From positions 542 to 64,541 of the forward strand of contig JAYVOV010000314.1 of the NCBI GenBank assembly GCA_043757735.1: a DNA stretch of 64,000 nt, given 5' to 3'. The position numbers were made by a program, and so were the translations under genes. Position 1 is the stretch's first letter, and each line of letters starts with the position of its first letter. Source of the stretch: Burkholderiaceae bacterium. GTDB taxonomy: Bacteria > Pseudomonadota > Gammaproteobacteria > Burkholderiales > Burkholderiaceae_E. Shown here in pieces: positions 46,652-55,617 of the stretch. The notes below the pieces were generated by a model, which was not told where the DNA came from, searched no databases, and was given only the letters and a program-made list of their open reading frames with translations.

Positions 46652-47926
46652 ATGAGCGAATCGCCTGCGCAGGTCCTGACCCTGTTCGGCTACGACTGGG
46701 ATGCCCTGGCCATCGCTGAACGCCAGGACCGCTATCGGCTGCTGCACGCCGGCTTCGATCTGTTTTCGTTCCCGCAGAACGCCCGCCTGCTCTGGTTCGA
46801 CATCCAGGCCTGGGTCGACGGTCTGGCGCGTCGTCACCAGGGTCAGCTCGCCGGGGTGGTGTCGCACAACGAGCAGTTCGGCGCGCTTGCCGCCGCTCTG
46901 CTCGCCGAGCGCATGGGCCTGCCCGGAACGGCGCCGGACGCGATCCTGCGCTGCCAGCACAAGCTGGCCATGCGCGAACTGCTCCAGGAGGTGGCGCCCG
47001 CGGCCAATCTGCCCTTTTTTCTGCTGCCTTTCGAATACGGCGAAGCGCCGCCCGAGGCGCTCGAGTACCCGCTGTTCGTAAAACCGATCAAGGCGGCTTA
47101 TTCGGTCCTGGCCCGGCGTGTGGCGAGCCGGGAGGAGCTGGCCGCGCTGACCCGATTCGGGCGGTTCGAGACCTGGATCATTCGCCGGCTGGTCAAACCC
47201 TTCGACGATGTCGCCGACCAGCGGGTGCATTTCCCGGTGAACGCGAATCACATGCTTGCCGAGCAGCCCTTCAGCGGCGCCCAGTTCAACCTGGACGGGT
47301 ACCTGATCGCGGGCGAACTGCGCCCGCTGGGCGTGGTCGACTCGATCATGTATCGCGGCACGCAGGCGTTTCTGCGCTTCTCGTATCCCTCGAAACTGCC
47401 TGAAGCCGTGCAGCAGCGTGCCATCGACGTCGCGCGGCGCTTCTTGAAAGCAGCCGGGTTCACGCACGGCTTTTTCAACATGGAGTTTTTCTACGATTCG
47501 GCCACCGATGCGCTGAAGGTGATCGAGTTCAATCCACGCCTGGCCTCGCAATTGGCCGATCTGTATCACCGGGTCACCGGCCAGGATGTCTACACGATGG
47601 CGATCGCGCTGGCCTGCGGGCATGATCCCGCGAAGCTGCCGCGCCTGCCACCTCGCGGCGGCGCCGCGGCCAGCTTCGTGTTTCGCCGCTTCGATGGGCA
47701 GGCGCCACCTGCCGCGTCGCCACCAGGTCTGGCCTGGCTGCGCCGCGCGCACCCCGATGCACTGCTGCTGCGGTTCCCCAGACACGGCGCCAGCCTCGCC
47801 CGCGAGCTCAAGTGGCTGGGCAGCCACCGCTACGCGGTCCTGCATCTGCATGGGCGTGACGAGGCGGATCTTTTCGAGCGGTTCCAAGAGGCCTGCGCCC
47901 GACTGGGCTGGCCCGCGCAGATCTGA
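46652..47926 (+). CDS. ATP-grasp domain protein of unknown specificity
   Basis: YPLFVKPIKAAYSVLARRV, GFFNMEFFYD...LKVIEFNPRLASQ. Confidence 0.7.
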   Translation: MSESPAQVLTLFGYDWDALAIAERQDRYRLLHAGFDLFSFPQNARLLWFDIQAWVDGLARRHQGQLAGVVSHNEQFGALAAALLAERMGLPGTAPDAILRCQHKLAMRELLQEVAPAANLPFFLLPFEYGEAPPEALEYPLFVKPIKAAYSVLARRVASREELAALTRFGRFETWIIRRLVKPFDDVADQRVHFPVNANHMLAEQPFSGAQFNLDGYLIAGELRPLGVVDSIMYRGTQAFLRFSYPSKLPEAVQQRAIDVARRFLKAAGFTHGFFNMEFFYDSATDALKVIEFNPRLASQLADLYHRVTGQDVYTMAIALACGHDPAKLPRLPPRGGAAASFVFRRFDGQAPPAASPPGLAWLRRAHPDALLLRFPRHGASLARELKWLGSHRYAVLHLHGRDEADLFERFQEACARLGWPAQI

Positions 47927-48276
47927 ACGACCGACTCAGATCTGAACGACCGACTCAGCCGCGATGCCCGGCCCGCCGCGGTAAGGGTTACCCGTTTCAG
48001 ACGCCGATCATTGGCGTCCGCAGAGCGGGCGACCAGGCCGCGCGCCTGCAGGCGGTCGATCACACCACCGATGGTGGCACGGTCGTAGCCGATGGCCGCA
48101 CTCAGCGCCGCCTGATCCAGGCCGGGGGTCTGGCCGAGGGCAGCCAGAGCGCCGAACTGCACCGGGGTGAGTTCATCGCCAAGCGATGCGGCAAACAGCT
48201 GGACCGCCACCTGATGGAGGCGCCGGATGAGATGGCCGGGCATCGATTGCATGGGCTCTGTCTGGGCGGTGGGCAT
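47830..48276 (-). CDS. MarR-family regulator whose C-terminal third looks non-native (possible 3' truncation or replacement)
   Basis: ATG 48276 overlaps the monooxygenase stop by 1 nt. LTPVQFGALAALGQTPGLDQAALSAAIGYDRATIGGVIDRLQARGLVARSADANDRRLKRVTLTAAGR is normal MarR. The following 45 aa are Ser/Arg-rich and run antisense through the 19-bp repeat and the ATP-grasp 3' end. Confidence 0.55.
   Translation of the reverse strand: MPTAQTEPMQSMPGHLIRRLHQVAVQLFAASLGDELTPVQFGALAALGQTPGLDQAALSAAIGYDRATIGGVIDRLQARGLVARSADANDRRLKRVTLTAAGRASRLSRSFRSESVVQICAGQPSRAQASWNRSKRSASSRPCRCRTA
47918..47955. repeat. Exact 19-bp tandem duplication CAGATCTGAACGACCGACT x2, including the ATP-grasp stop codon
   Basis: Read directly (47918..47936 and 47937..47955). 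Confidence 0.9.
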
Positions 48277-49475
48277 CAGTCGAGGCAATTCTCGACAGTC
48301 CAGCCGTAGAGCCACGCGACGCGGTCGTAGTACTGCTCGGGCGTACGCCCTTTGAACAAAGCATTGCGGACCAGCCGCTCGACGCCCCTGGCGTGATAGA
48401 GACGGCCCATTTCACGCGCCGACAGCACCACCCGGGCGGTCCTCACGATGCGCTTTTCTTCGTAGAGACGAAACGCCGCCTCGAGATCGCGATCACAGAC
48501 CCGCAAAGCCTCGCGCAGTGTGACGGCGTCCTCAAGCGCCATGCAGGCGCCTTGCGCCAGGTACTGCAGCATTGGATGGGCGGCGTCGCCCAGGAGCGTG
48601 GCCCGCCCTTGTCCCCAGCACGGTACCGGGTTGCGGTCGGCGGTTGCCCAGCGCCGCCAGGAGCTGGGCTTGTCGAGCAGCTGCCGGGGCTGCGCGTCGA
48701 TGCCCTCGAAGTACGAGAACACCTCGTCACGCGAACCCTCGCGCACCGACCATTCTTCCTGGTCGCGACTGTGAAACGTCACCACCAGGTTGTACTGCTC
48801 GCCACCGCGCAGGGGGTAGTGCACCAGGTGGCAGTCGGGCCCGGCCCAGAGCGCGGCCGAGTTCCAGCGAAGATCGGGCGGCATGTCTTCGCGCGGCACG
48901 ACCGCGCGGTAGACCACGTGACCCGACACGCGCGGCGCGTCACCGAGCAGGTGCGCACGCACGGCCGAGCGGACACCGTCGGCGCCGATCACGGCGAGCC
49001 CTCGATGGCAGCGACCGTGTGCGTCGACGAGGGTGGCGCCAGTGTCGTCGAGCTCGACCCGGTCGATGCGGGTCCCGGCGTGCAGCCTGACCTCAGGGCG
49101 CAGCCGCACGGCCTCGTGCACCGACTGATGGATGTCGGCGCGATGAATGACCGCGTAGGGGTTCTGGAAGCGATCGCGAAACGCCTGCCCGACCGGCATG
49201 CGGGCGACTTCTGAGGCGTCCACCGCGTCCATCATGACCAGCTCTTCGTTGTAGACGGCGCGCGCCCGGGCCTGCGGCCCGCAGCCCAGGGCGTCAGCGG
49301 CGGCGAACGCATTCGGCCCGAGCTGGATGCCGGCGCCGATCTCGCCGATCTCAGGCGCCTGCTCGAACAGCTCGACCTTGAATCCAGACTGGGTGAGGGC
49401 CAGCGCGGCCGCCATGCCGCCGATGCCGCCGCCCACGACCAGCACGGCCGGCGAAGATACGGTTGTGGAGTTCAT
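48276..49475 (-). CDS. FAD-dependent aromatic hydroxylase (3-hydroxybenzoate 6-hydroxylase / salicylate hydroxylase family)
   Basis: VVGGGIGGMAAALAL, and GADGVRSAVR. Confidence 0.8.
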   Translation of the reverse strand: MNSTTVSSPAVLVVGGGIGGMAAALALTQSGFKVELFEQAPEIGEIGAGIQLGPNAFAAADALGCGPQARARAVYNEELVMMDAVDASEVARMPVGQAFRDRFQNPYAVIHRADIHQSVHEAVRLRPEVRLHAGTRIDRVELDDTGATLVDAHGRCHRGLAVIGADGVRSAVRAHLLGDAPRVSGHVVYRAVVPREDMPPDLRWNSAALWAGPDCHLVHYPLRGGEQYNLVVTFHSRDQEEWSVREGSRDEVFSYFEGIDAQPRQLLDKPSSWRRWATADRNPVPCWGQGRATLLGDAAHPMLQYLAQGACMALEDAVTLREALRVCDRDLEAAFRLYEEKRIVRTARVVLSAREMGRLYHARGVERLVRNALFKGRTPEQYYDRVAWLYGWTVENCLD

Positions 49476-49495
49476 GCCGAATTTTGCTAATTAGT

Positions 49496-49518
49496 ATGTA
49501 TACATTCAATATGTATAC
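49496..49518. promoter_or_regulatory. Candidate operator: 10-bp perfect palindrome ATGTATACAT (49496..49505) plus a repeat ATGTATAC (49511..49518) in an AT-rich leader
   Basis: Read directly, 21-43 nt upstream of the hydroxylase ATG. The co-transcribed MarR is the obvious candidate binder. Confidence 0.35.
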
Positions 49519-49569
49519 GCTCTTAAAGCGGACGTAAAACCGGCTCAAGGATTCAACGTCGACGGCATC

Positions 49570-50193
49570 CTAACTACCGATGTATTCGAACACAGTCACT
49601 ACCCGGCTAACCCCCGACACCTGGCTGGCAACCTTCGCGGCACGCTCGCCCTCGACGCGCGTGACCAGGCCCATCATGTAGACGATCCCGGTCTCGGTGA
49701 CGATCTTGATTGTTTGGGAATCGATGTTCCTATCGCCAAACATGGCGGTCTTCACCCGCACGGTGAGCGCAATGTCGGCAGTTGCGGTACCCAGGCCCGC
49801 GCGCCCGGCGATACTCACTTCGTTGTGCACGCCGCGCACATTGGGCAGACTGGCCACCAGTTGTTCGACCCGGCTCCTGGTTGCCTCGTCGGACACCTGA
49901 CCGGTCAGCAGAACTTTGCGGTTGTAGCTTGTGATGGAGACACCGCCGGCCGGCGGGATGGTGTCGCGCACCTGCCCCAGGGCCTTGAGCTCGATCGCCT
50001 GGTCGTCGGTCTGCGCGCCCAGCGTGCGTCGATCAGTGGCGGCCAGGGCCCCGACCGCAGCGCCGGTCACGACCAGCGGCACGCAGGCCGACAGCCATGC
50101 CGAGGCCGCAAGCACACCGGCCAGCAGAACATGGCGCAACGACGCGGCACGCAGGATGGCGCGATGGGCGCCCGGGCTGGTCTGGTGATTCAT
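49570..50193 (-). CDS. Dual-BON-domain outer-membrane lipoprotein (YraP/DolP-like)
   Basis: Lipobox AWLSAC; two BON repeats (ITSYNRKVLLTGQV, IVTETGIVYMMGLV). Confidence 0.8.
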   Translation of the reverse strand: MNHQTSPGAHRAILRAASLRHVLLAGVLAASAWLSACVPLVVTGAAVGALAATDRRTLGAQTDDQAIELKALGQVRDTIPPAGGVSITSYNRKVLLTGQVSDEATRSRVEQLVASLPNVRGVHNEVSIAGRAGLGTATADIALTVRVKTAMFGDRNIDSQTIKIVTETGIVYMMGLVTRVEGERAAKVASQVSGVSRVVTVFEYIGS

Positions 50194-50234
50194 GGTGTGG
50201 CTTTCCGGTTGGGGCTCGGCCGAGTGGCGCCCGT

Positions 50235-50828
50235 TCAGGGCGCGTCACCCAGCAAAGCGGCATCGATGCCGTCGCACAGACAATGCACGATCAGCAAATG
50301 AACTTCCTGGATGCGCATGGTGCGCTCGTGAGGCACGCAGATATGAACGTCGGTATCGCGCAGCATCTCGGCGATCCTGCCGCCGCCTTTGCCGGTGAGG
50401 GCGACGACGGTCATGGCACGCTGCTGCGCCGCTTGAATGGCGTTGATGACATTGAGCGAATTGCCGCTGGTCGAGATGGCCACCAGGACATCGCCGCCTT
50501 GCCCCAGCGCCCGAACCTGGCGCGCGAATATTTCGTCGAAATGGTAGTCGTTGGCGACTGCGGTGAGGATGGATGAATCGGTGGTCAGGGCGATCGCGGC
50601 CAGTTCAGGGCGTTCGCGCTCGAAGCGCCCGACCAGCTCGGCCGCCAGATGCTGGGCGTCGGCGGCAGACCCGCCGTTGCCGCAGGCCATGATCTTTCGA
50701 TCGGCCGCCAGCGCCGCAACCGCCACCTCGATCGCCTGGGCGATGGGGGGGGCCAGACGCTCGGCGCTCGCCAGCTTGAGCTGGGCGCTGTCGTCGAAGT
50801 GACGCGAAATTCGTGCAATCAGGCTCAT
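50235..50828 (-). CDS. SIS-domain protein (DiaA / phosphoheptose-isomerase-like)
   Basis: Starts at ATG 50828. [31 protein letters not shown], and LTGKGGG. Confidence 0.8.
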   Translation of the reverse strand: MSLIARISRHFDDSAQLKLASAERLAPPIAQAIEVAVAALAADRKIMACGNGGSAADAQHLAAELVGRFERERPELAAIALTTDSSILTAVANDYHFDEIFARQVRALGQGGDVLVAISTSGNSLNVINAIQAAQQRAMTVVALTGKGGGRIAEMLRDTDVHICVPHERTMRIQEVHLLIVHCLCDGIDAALLGDAP

Positions 50829-50905
50829 GGTGCTGAGATTATAACCAGGCGCAATCCAGGCCCCCGGGACAAGCAAGCGGCTGGCCGCAAGGCAGGGGCC
50901 GCAGA

Positions 50906-51280
50906 TCAGAAGGCACCGCGAAGCCAGACCAGGCGCTTTCCTTCGAAAGCGACGACATCAAAGCGCAGGGGTGGCCAGGGTCTCGCGCCCAGGCGGTGCT
51001 GCAGCCAGGCCTGCGCCGCAGCCCGCACCCGCGACTGTTTGCGCGCGGTGACGCTGGCCGCCGCCCCGCCGAATCGATCGCTGCTGCGCTGCCGGACCTC
51101 GATGAAAACGCACTGCTCACCATCGGCCATGATGAGGTCGAGCTCGCCGCAGCGCAGGCGGACATTGGCGGCGACCGGGCGCAAGCCCTGCGAACGAAGA
51201 TAATCAAGGGCCTGCGCCTCGGCCAGGCTGCCGGCGCGCTGCGTCGGCGAGACGGCAACGTAAGTGGAAGGCTTGGCCAT
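50906..51280 (-). CDS. yraN: YraN-family (UPF0102) endonuclease-fold protein
   Basis: [13 protein letters not shown]...RCGELDLIM...VFIEVRQR...[13 protein letters not shown]...RFDVVAF. Confidence 0.75.
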   Translation of the reverse strand: MAKPSTYVAVSPTQRAGSLAEAQALDYLRSQGLRPVAANVRLRCGELDLIMADGEQCVFIEVRQRSSDRFGGAAASVTARKQSRVRAAAQAWLQHRLGARPWPPLRFDVVAFEGKRLVWLRGAF

Positions 51281-52157
51281 GACGCCCGGATTGTATGTAG
51301 TGGCAACGCCCATCGGTCATCTCTCCGACCTAAGCCCAAGGGCCGCCCAGACCCTGTGCTCGGTCGACGTGGTCGCAGCCGAAGACACCCGCGTCAGCCG
51401 GATCCTGCTGCAGCACGCGGGGTCGTCGGCGCGCCTGATCAGCGCCCGGGCGCACAACGAGCAGGCAGCAGCCCAGCAGATCGTCGGCCTGCTGCGCGAA
51501 GGCAAGTCGGTTGCGCTGGTCAGCGACGCCGGCACCCCGGCGATCAGCGATCCCGGTGCGCAGGTGGTCGCCGCCGTGCGCGCCGCTGGTTTCAACGTGG
51601 TGCCGATACCCGGGCCGAGCGCGCTGGCCACCTTGCTGTCGGCCGCCGGCCTGCGCGAGGGACCGATCCTGTTCGAAGGCTTCCTCCCGGCGCGCGCCCG
51701 CGCCCGCCGCGAGCGGCTGGCGGTGCTTGCTCTAGCAGCGCTGAGCAGCGGCAGCGCGCTGGTTTTCTACGAGGCGCCGCACCGGATAGACGAACTGCTG
51801 GCCGATCTCGCCACCGAATTCGGCCCCGAGCGCATGCTGGTGATCGGGCGCGAACTGACCAAACTGTTCGAGGAAATCGCAGTTGTCGAGGCCGGCCAGG
51901 CGCGGGCCTGGCTGAACGGCAAACCGGAGCGCCGGCGCGGCGAATTCGTGGTGGCGGTTGAACGTGCGCAGGTCCCCGATGAGCCGGGTCGTGCGGGCAC
52001 GGCCGCCACCATCGAGCCCGAGACGCGGCGCATTCTCACTTGTCTGCTCGGCGAACTGCCGCCCTCGCGAGCGGCCCGGCTCGCGCATGAAATCACCGGT
52101 GCGCCACGCGATGCGCTCTACGCGCTGGCCATGACCTTGCGCGCAGCGGACGAATGA
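51279..52157 (+). CDS. rsmI: 16S rRNA (cytidine1402-2'-O)-methyltransferase
   Basis: Starts at ATG 51279. LYVVATPIGHLSDLSPRA...VAAEDTR, and SDAGTPAISDPG. Confidence 0.85.
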   Translation: MTPGLYVVATPIGHLSDLSPRAAQTLCSVDVVAAEDTRVSRILLQHAGSSARLISARAHNEQAAAQQIVGLLREGKSVALVSDAGTPAISDPGAQVVAAVRAAGFNVVPIPGPSALATLLSAAGLREGPILFEGFLPARARARRERLAVLALAALSSGSALVFYEAPHRIDELLADLATEFGPERMLVIGRELTKLFEEIAVVEAGQARAWLNGKPERRRGEFVVAVERAQVPDEPGRAGTAATIEPETRRILTCLLGELPPSRAARLAHEITGAPRDALYALAMTLRAADE

Positions 52158-52173
52158 GCGGCTGACAAGTGCG

Positions 52174-53385
52174 TCAGCGGGTAAGCGTCGCCGGTATGGG
52201 CCGCAGATCTGTGGCAAGCCGGACCTTCTCGGCTGTGGCCAGGGCGTCGCTGCGGTGCTCATAGGGGCCGGTCATGACTCGAAACACCGCTCCAGCGGGT
52301 TGAATCAGAATTTTTTCGGGCGCAATGCCAAGCGCTGCGGCAACGCGCTGCCGCGCGGCGAGGGCATTGTCGCGCTGACCGAAGGCGCCGATCTGCAGAT
52401 ACAGTCCCTGGATGATCGGGGCCGCGGGGGCCGGGGCCCCCGCCGGAATCGGCAGAGCCGATGCGGCGGTCGCTGCCGCGGCGGCGGGTGCGGCGGGTGC
52501 GGCGGGTGCGGCGGGTGCGGCGGGTGCGGCGGGTGCGGCGGGTGCGGCGGGTGCGGCAGGTGCGACGGGTGCGGCAGGTGCGGCGGGTGCGGTCTGTGGC
52601 GCTGGCTGAGAAACCACCGGCGGGGCGATGACCGTTTCGACATCGAGCCGTTCGCGCGGCGCCGGCCCGTCGGCCACCGGCAGCATCGTCAGGGCCGGTC
52701 CGGCATCCGCCTGTGCCCTCGCATCCGATCCCCTGGCCTCGCCGAAGGCGCTGGGCTCGGTGAGCAGTTCAACATCGACCTCACCGCTGCCGGTCTGCAC
52801 ATACCCGAGTTTGGCCGCCGCGGTCCAGGACAGGTCGATCAGCCGGCCATGCAGAAACGGTCCGCGATCGTTGACTCGAACCACCACGCTGCGGCCATTG
52901 CCGGCATGGGTGACCCGCACATAGCTTGGGATCGGCAGCGTGGGGTGCGCCGCCGTCATCGCGTACATGTCGTAGACCTCGCCGCTCGAGGTGCGCTGAC
53001 CATGAAACTTGCGGCCATACCAGGAGCCCACACCGCGCTCCCGATAGGGCTCCAGTCGTGTCATCGGGACGTACTGCCGATCGAACACCACGTAGGGACG
53101 GTTCGCGCGCGCATGGAGCGCTTCGCGCCGCGGCCGGGCGTCGGCGATCGCATTCGGATCAGGTGCAGTTTCGCCCGGCCCGTCGTCGAGGTAGTAGCCG
53201 CCGCCCCGCGGGGCGGCCACCGGCGGCTTGGCCGCGCCTGCCGCGCCTGCCGCGCCTGCCGCGCGCTCGGGCACGCGCTCGGGCACGCGCTCGGGCACGC
53301 GCTGGGCGGGCGGCGTCGCACAGGCGGCCAGCAGCAGCGTACACCCCGCCAGGCCCCACAGGCGCCACAGGCGCATGGGATTCAC
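52174..53385 (-). CDS. rlpA: Septal-ring lytic transglycosylase RlpA (DPBB plus SPOR domains) with repeat-rich linkers
   Basis: Lipobox LLAAC. GSWYGRKFHGQRTSSGEVYDMYAMTAAHPTLPIPSYVRVT...NDRGPF. C-terminal SPOR YLQIGAFGQRDNA. GTG 53385 or ATG 53376 start. Confidence 0.85.
   Translation of the reverse strand: MNPMRLWRLWGLAGCTLLLAACATPPAQRVPERVPERVPERAAGAAGAAGAAKPPVAAPRGGGYYLDDGPGETAPDPNAIADARPRREALHARANRPYVVFDRQYVPMTRLEPYRERGVGSWYGRKFHGQRTSSGEVYDMYAMTAAHPTLPIPSYVRVTHAGNGRSVVVRVNDRGPFLHGRLIDLSWTAAAKLGYVQTGSGEVDVELLTEPSAFGEARGSDARAQADAGPALTMLPVADGPAPRERLDVETVIAPPVVSQPAPQTAPAAPAAPVAPAAPAAPAAPAAPAAPAAPAAPAAPAAAAATAASALPIPAGAPAPAAPIIQGLYLQIGAFGQRDNALAARQRVAAALGIAPEKILIQPAGAVFRVMTGPYEHRSDALATAEKVRLATDLRPIPATLTR
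52481..52591. repeat. In-frame 9-bp tandem array (about 12 units GCGGCGGGT/GCGGCAGGT) encoding (PAA)n in RlpA
   Basis: Read directly; protein shows APAAPVAPAAPAAPAAPAAPAAPAAPAAPAAP. Confidence 0.85.
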
Positions 53386-54206
53386 GACGCCGCGGGCGGC
53401 GCGACCGCCGCGTCGAGGGCATCGCGATAGGCACGCAGGTAGCGCAGCCCGTTGATCGCCCGCACGCCGTACCAGGAGGTCATTTCGCCGTCGATGAGCT
53501 GAACCGGTCGGCCCGCCATCCAGGGCTCGGCGGCCAGCGCCTGCGCGTGAGTCTCCTGAAATCGGAAGGGTTCGCTCGACATCAGGACGGCATCGAAATG
53601 ACGCGGCTCGAAGGCCGGCAGATCGACCACCGGATAACGGTCCTGAGAAGCGGGGGAAACCGCCATCAGGCGCACCTGGGCGAGCATGCGGGCAATGTAG
53701 GTCTGCTGGCTCACCGTCATCCAGGGGTTCTTCCAGATCAGGTAGAGCACCCTTCGCCAGGGCAGCGTCGACCGGGCGCAGGCCGCCAATTCAGCCCGCA
53801 GAGCAGCCGTCAGGCCCTGCGCCTGCGGCACACGATCGAAGAGCGTGCCCAACAGGTCATAGAGCGCGAAGTTGTCCTCGACCTCGATCGGATGGGTGAC
53901 GATGACGTGGGGCACAAACTGCTCGAGCGCTTCGAAGGCCGCGCGTTCGTTCTCGTCGATGTTGACCAGCACGTGGGTGGGTGCAAGCGCGCGCACCGCC
54001 ACCAGATCGACATCTTTGGTGCCGCCCAGTTTGGGCACCGCACGCACGGCCTCGCGCGGGTGAATGCAAAAGCCGGTGCGCCCGACCACCTGGGCGCCGA
54101 GGTCAAGGGCAAACAGCAGTTCTGTCAGCGAAGGAACCAGCGACACGATGCGGGCCGGCACCTGCGCCGGCGGGTGCCGGCGGCCCAACGCATCGGTGAT
54201 GAGCAT
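53382..54206 (-). CDS. BtuF/TroA-fold (helical-backbone) binding protein without a signal peptide
   Basis: Starts at ATG 54206. RIVSLVPSLTELLFALDLGAQVVGRT, and a stop overlapping the rlpA GTG (GTGA). Confidence 0.65.
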   Translation of the reverse strand: MLITDALGRRHPPAQVPARIVSLVPSLTELLFALDLGAQVVGRTGFCIHPREAVRAVPKLGGTKDVDLVAVRALAPTHVLVNIDENERAAFEALEQFVPHVIVTHPIEVEDNFALYDLLGTLFDRVPQAQGLTAALRAELAACARSTLPWRRVLYLIWKNPWMTVSQQTYIARMLAQVRLMAVSPASQDRYPVVDLPAFEPRHFDAVLMSSEPFRFQETHAQALAAEPWMAGRPVQLIDGEMTSWYGVRAINGLRYLRAYRDALDAAVAPPAAS

Positions 54207-54229
54207 TGCGGTCACCGGTGCGCCGGTAT

Positions 54230-54889
54230 TTATTTGCGCGCTTTGCGCTCGACGCCCAGCAGATGGTCGACCACCTGCAGCACCTGCGCATTGCCGCGCG
54301 CCATCGCCGGCGCGGTGTAGTACTTGCCGTTCACGGCGAGCGCCGGCACGCCATCGAGCCCCCAGGCCTGAGCCTGCTGGTTGGCTTTTTTCATCCGCGT
54401 GCTGACCGCGAACGAGCCATAAGTGTCGAGAAACACCTTGCGCTCGACGCCCTGCCTGGCCAGGAAGTCTGCCATCCGGTCGGGTTTGTCGAGCGAGATC
54501 TGTTCGACGTGCAGCGCGCTGAAGATTTTTTCGTCGATCGCGGGCGTCTTGCCCATTGCCTCGAGCGTGTAATAGAGCTGCTGGTGCGGCGCCCAGGCAG
54601 GGCCGAGGGCGACGTGCACCTTGCGAAACGCGACATCGGCAGGCAGCTTCTTCACCCACTCCTTGACAGTGGGCTCGAGCGAAAAGCAGTGCGGACAGCC
54701 ATACCAGAAGAACTCGAGCACCTCGAGCTTGGCACCGCTATCGGTGGGCTGGGTTGGCTGCACGACGCGATACTCGGCACCCTCTTTGGGGCCGTTCTGG
54801 GCAAACGCGGGGGCCAGCGTGAACCAGGCTGCGCTGGCAGCAGCGCTCTTGAGAAGCAACCGGGTGTGGGCATTCAGGGGGGCGGACAT
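54230..54889 (-). CDS. dsbA: Thiol:disulfide interchange protein DsbA
   Basis: Signal peptide; VLEFFWYGCPHCFSLEP (CPHC); GVPALAVNGKY. Confidence 0.85.
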   Translation of the reverse strand: MSAPLNAHTRLLLKSAAASAAWFTLAPAFAQNGPKEGAEYRVVQPTQPTDSGAKLEVLEFFWYGCPHCFSLEPTVKEWVKKLPADVAFRKVHVALGPAWAPHQQLYYTLEAMGKTPAIDEKIFSALHVEQISLDKPDRMADFLARQGVERKVFLDTYGSFAVSTRMKKANQQAQAWGLDGVPALAVNGKYYTAPAMARGNAQVLQVVDHLLGVERKARK

Positions 54890-54903
54890 CGTTTCAAACT
54901 CCT

Positions 54904-55617
54904 TCAGCGCTGGCGGACAATTGCCGCTTCAATGCCGTTTTCGGCGAGACGCGACCGGATCTGGTTGACGTCGTCGACTTTCGGGTACGGCCCCACTCGA
55001 ACGCGATACATGGTCTGACCGTTGACGTCGGCACTCAGGACGCGTGCCTCGTAACCCAGCAGAGCCAGCTTGCCACGCATGCTCTCGGCATCGTCGAGCG
55101 TGCGAAAAGCGCCGGCCTGCAGCAGGAACGAAGAACGCTCTTCGCGTGCCGGATCAGCCGCTTTGGCATCCGACCCCTTGGCGTCCGATGGTTTCACGTC
55201 GGCCGTCTTCGGTTCGGATGGCTTGCTTTCGGGAATTCTGACATCGCCGGATTTGCCGTCAGCCGGCCTGGTCTCGCCCGCGCGCGGTTCAGGCGCCAGC
55301 CCGCCAGCAGCCTCTCTGGGGTCGGACGGCGCACCCGATCCGTTCGTCGCCGAATCAGCCGCAGCGGGCGGCGGGGCCGCCGGGCGCGACTTGCTCTGCA
55401 AGGGCTTGTTCGGATCGGGGGCATCGGCCGCCGATTTGGATTCGATGATCCGATCGGTCGAGCGGCCGGTCTTGTTCACGAACGGCACCGGCGTGCGCGT
55501 GATGAACAGCGCCACCACCACCGCCACCGCAAGTCCGAGCACCAGACCCAGCATGAACCCGAGCAGGGTGCCGCCATTCTGGCGCCGCAGGCCGCGAGTT
55601 TCGGCGAGACTCATCAC
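54904..55617 (-). CDS. SPOR-domain cell-division protein (FtsN-like)
   Basis: N-terminal TM, low-complexity Pro/Ala/Lys linker, C-terminal SPOR ([30 protein letters not shown]...YRVRVGPY). The start overlaps the argS stop. Confidence 0.8.
   Translation of the reverse strand: MMSLAETRGLRRQNGGTLLGFMLGLVLGLAVAVVVALFITRTPVPFVNKTGRSTDRIIESKSAADAPDPNKPLQSKSRPAAPPPAAADSATNGSGAPSDPREAAGGLAPEPRAGETRPADGKSGDVRIPESKPSEPKTADVKPSDAKGSDAKAADPAREERSSFLLQAGAFRTLDDAESMRGKLALLGYEARVLSADVNGQTMYRVRVGPYPKVDDVNQIRSRLAENGIEAAIVRQR

Noticed and set aside
52305-52643. 112-aa ORF with (HPP)n and other antisense ORFs over the rlpA repeat
   Set aside because: These are alternative-frame readings of the 9-bp tandem array inside a well-supported rlpA gene.
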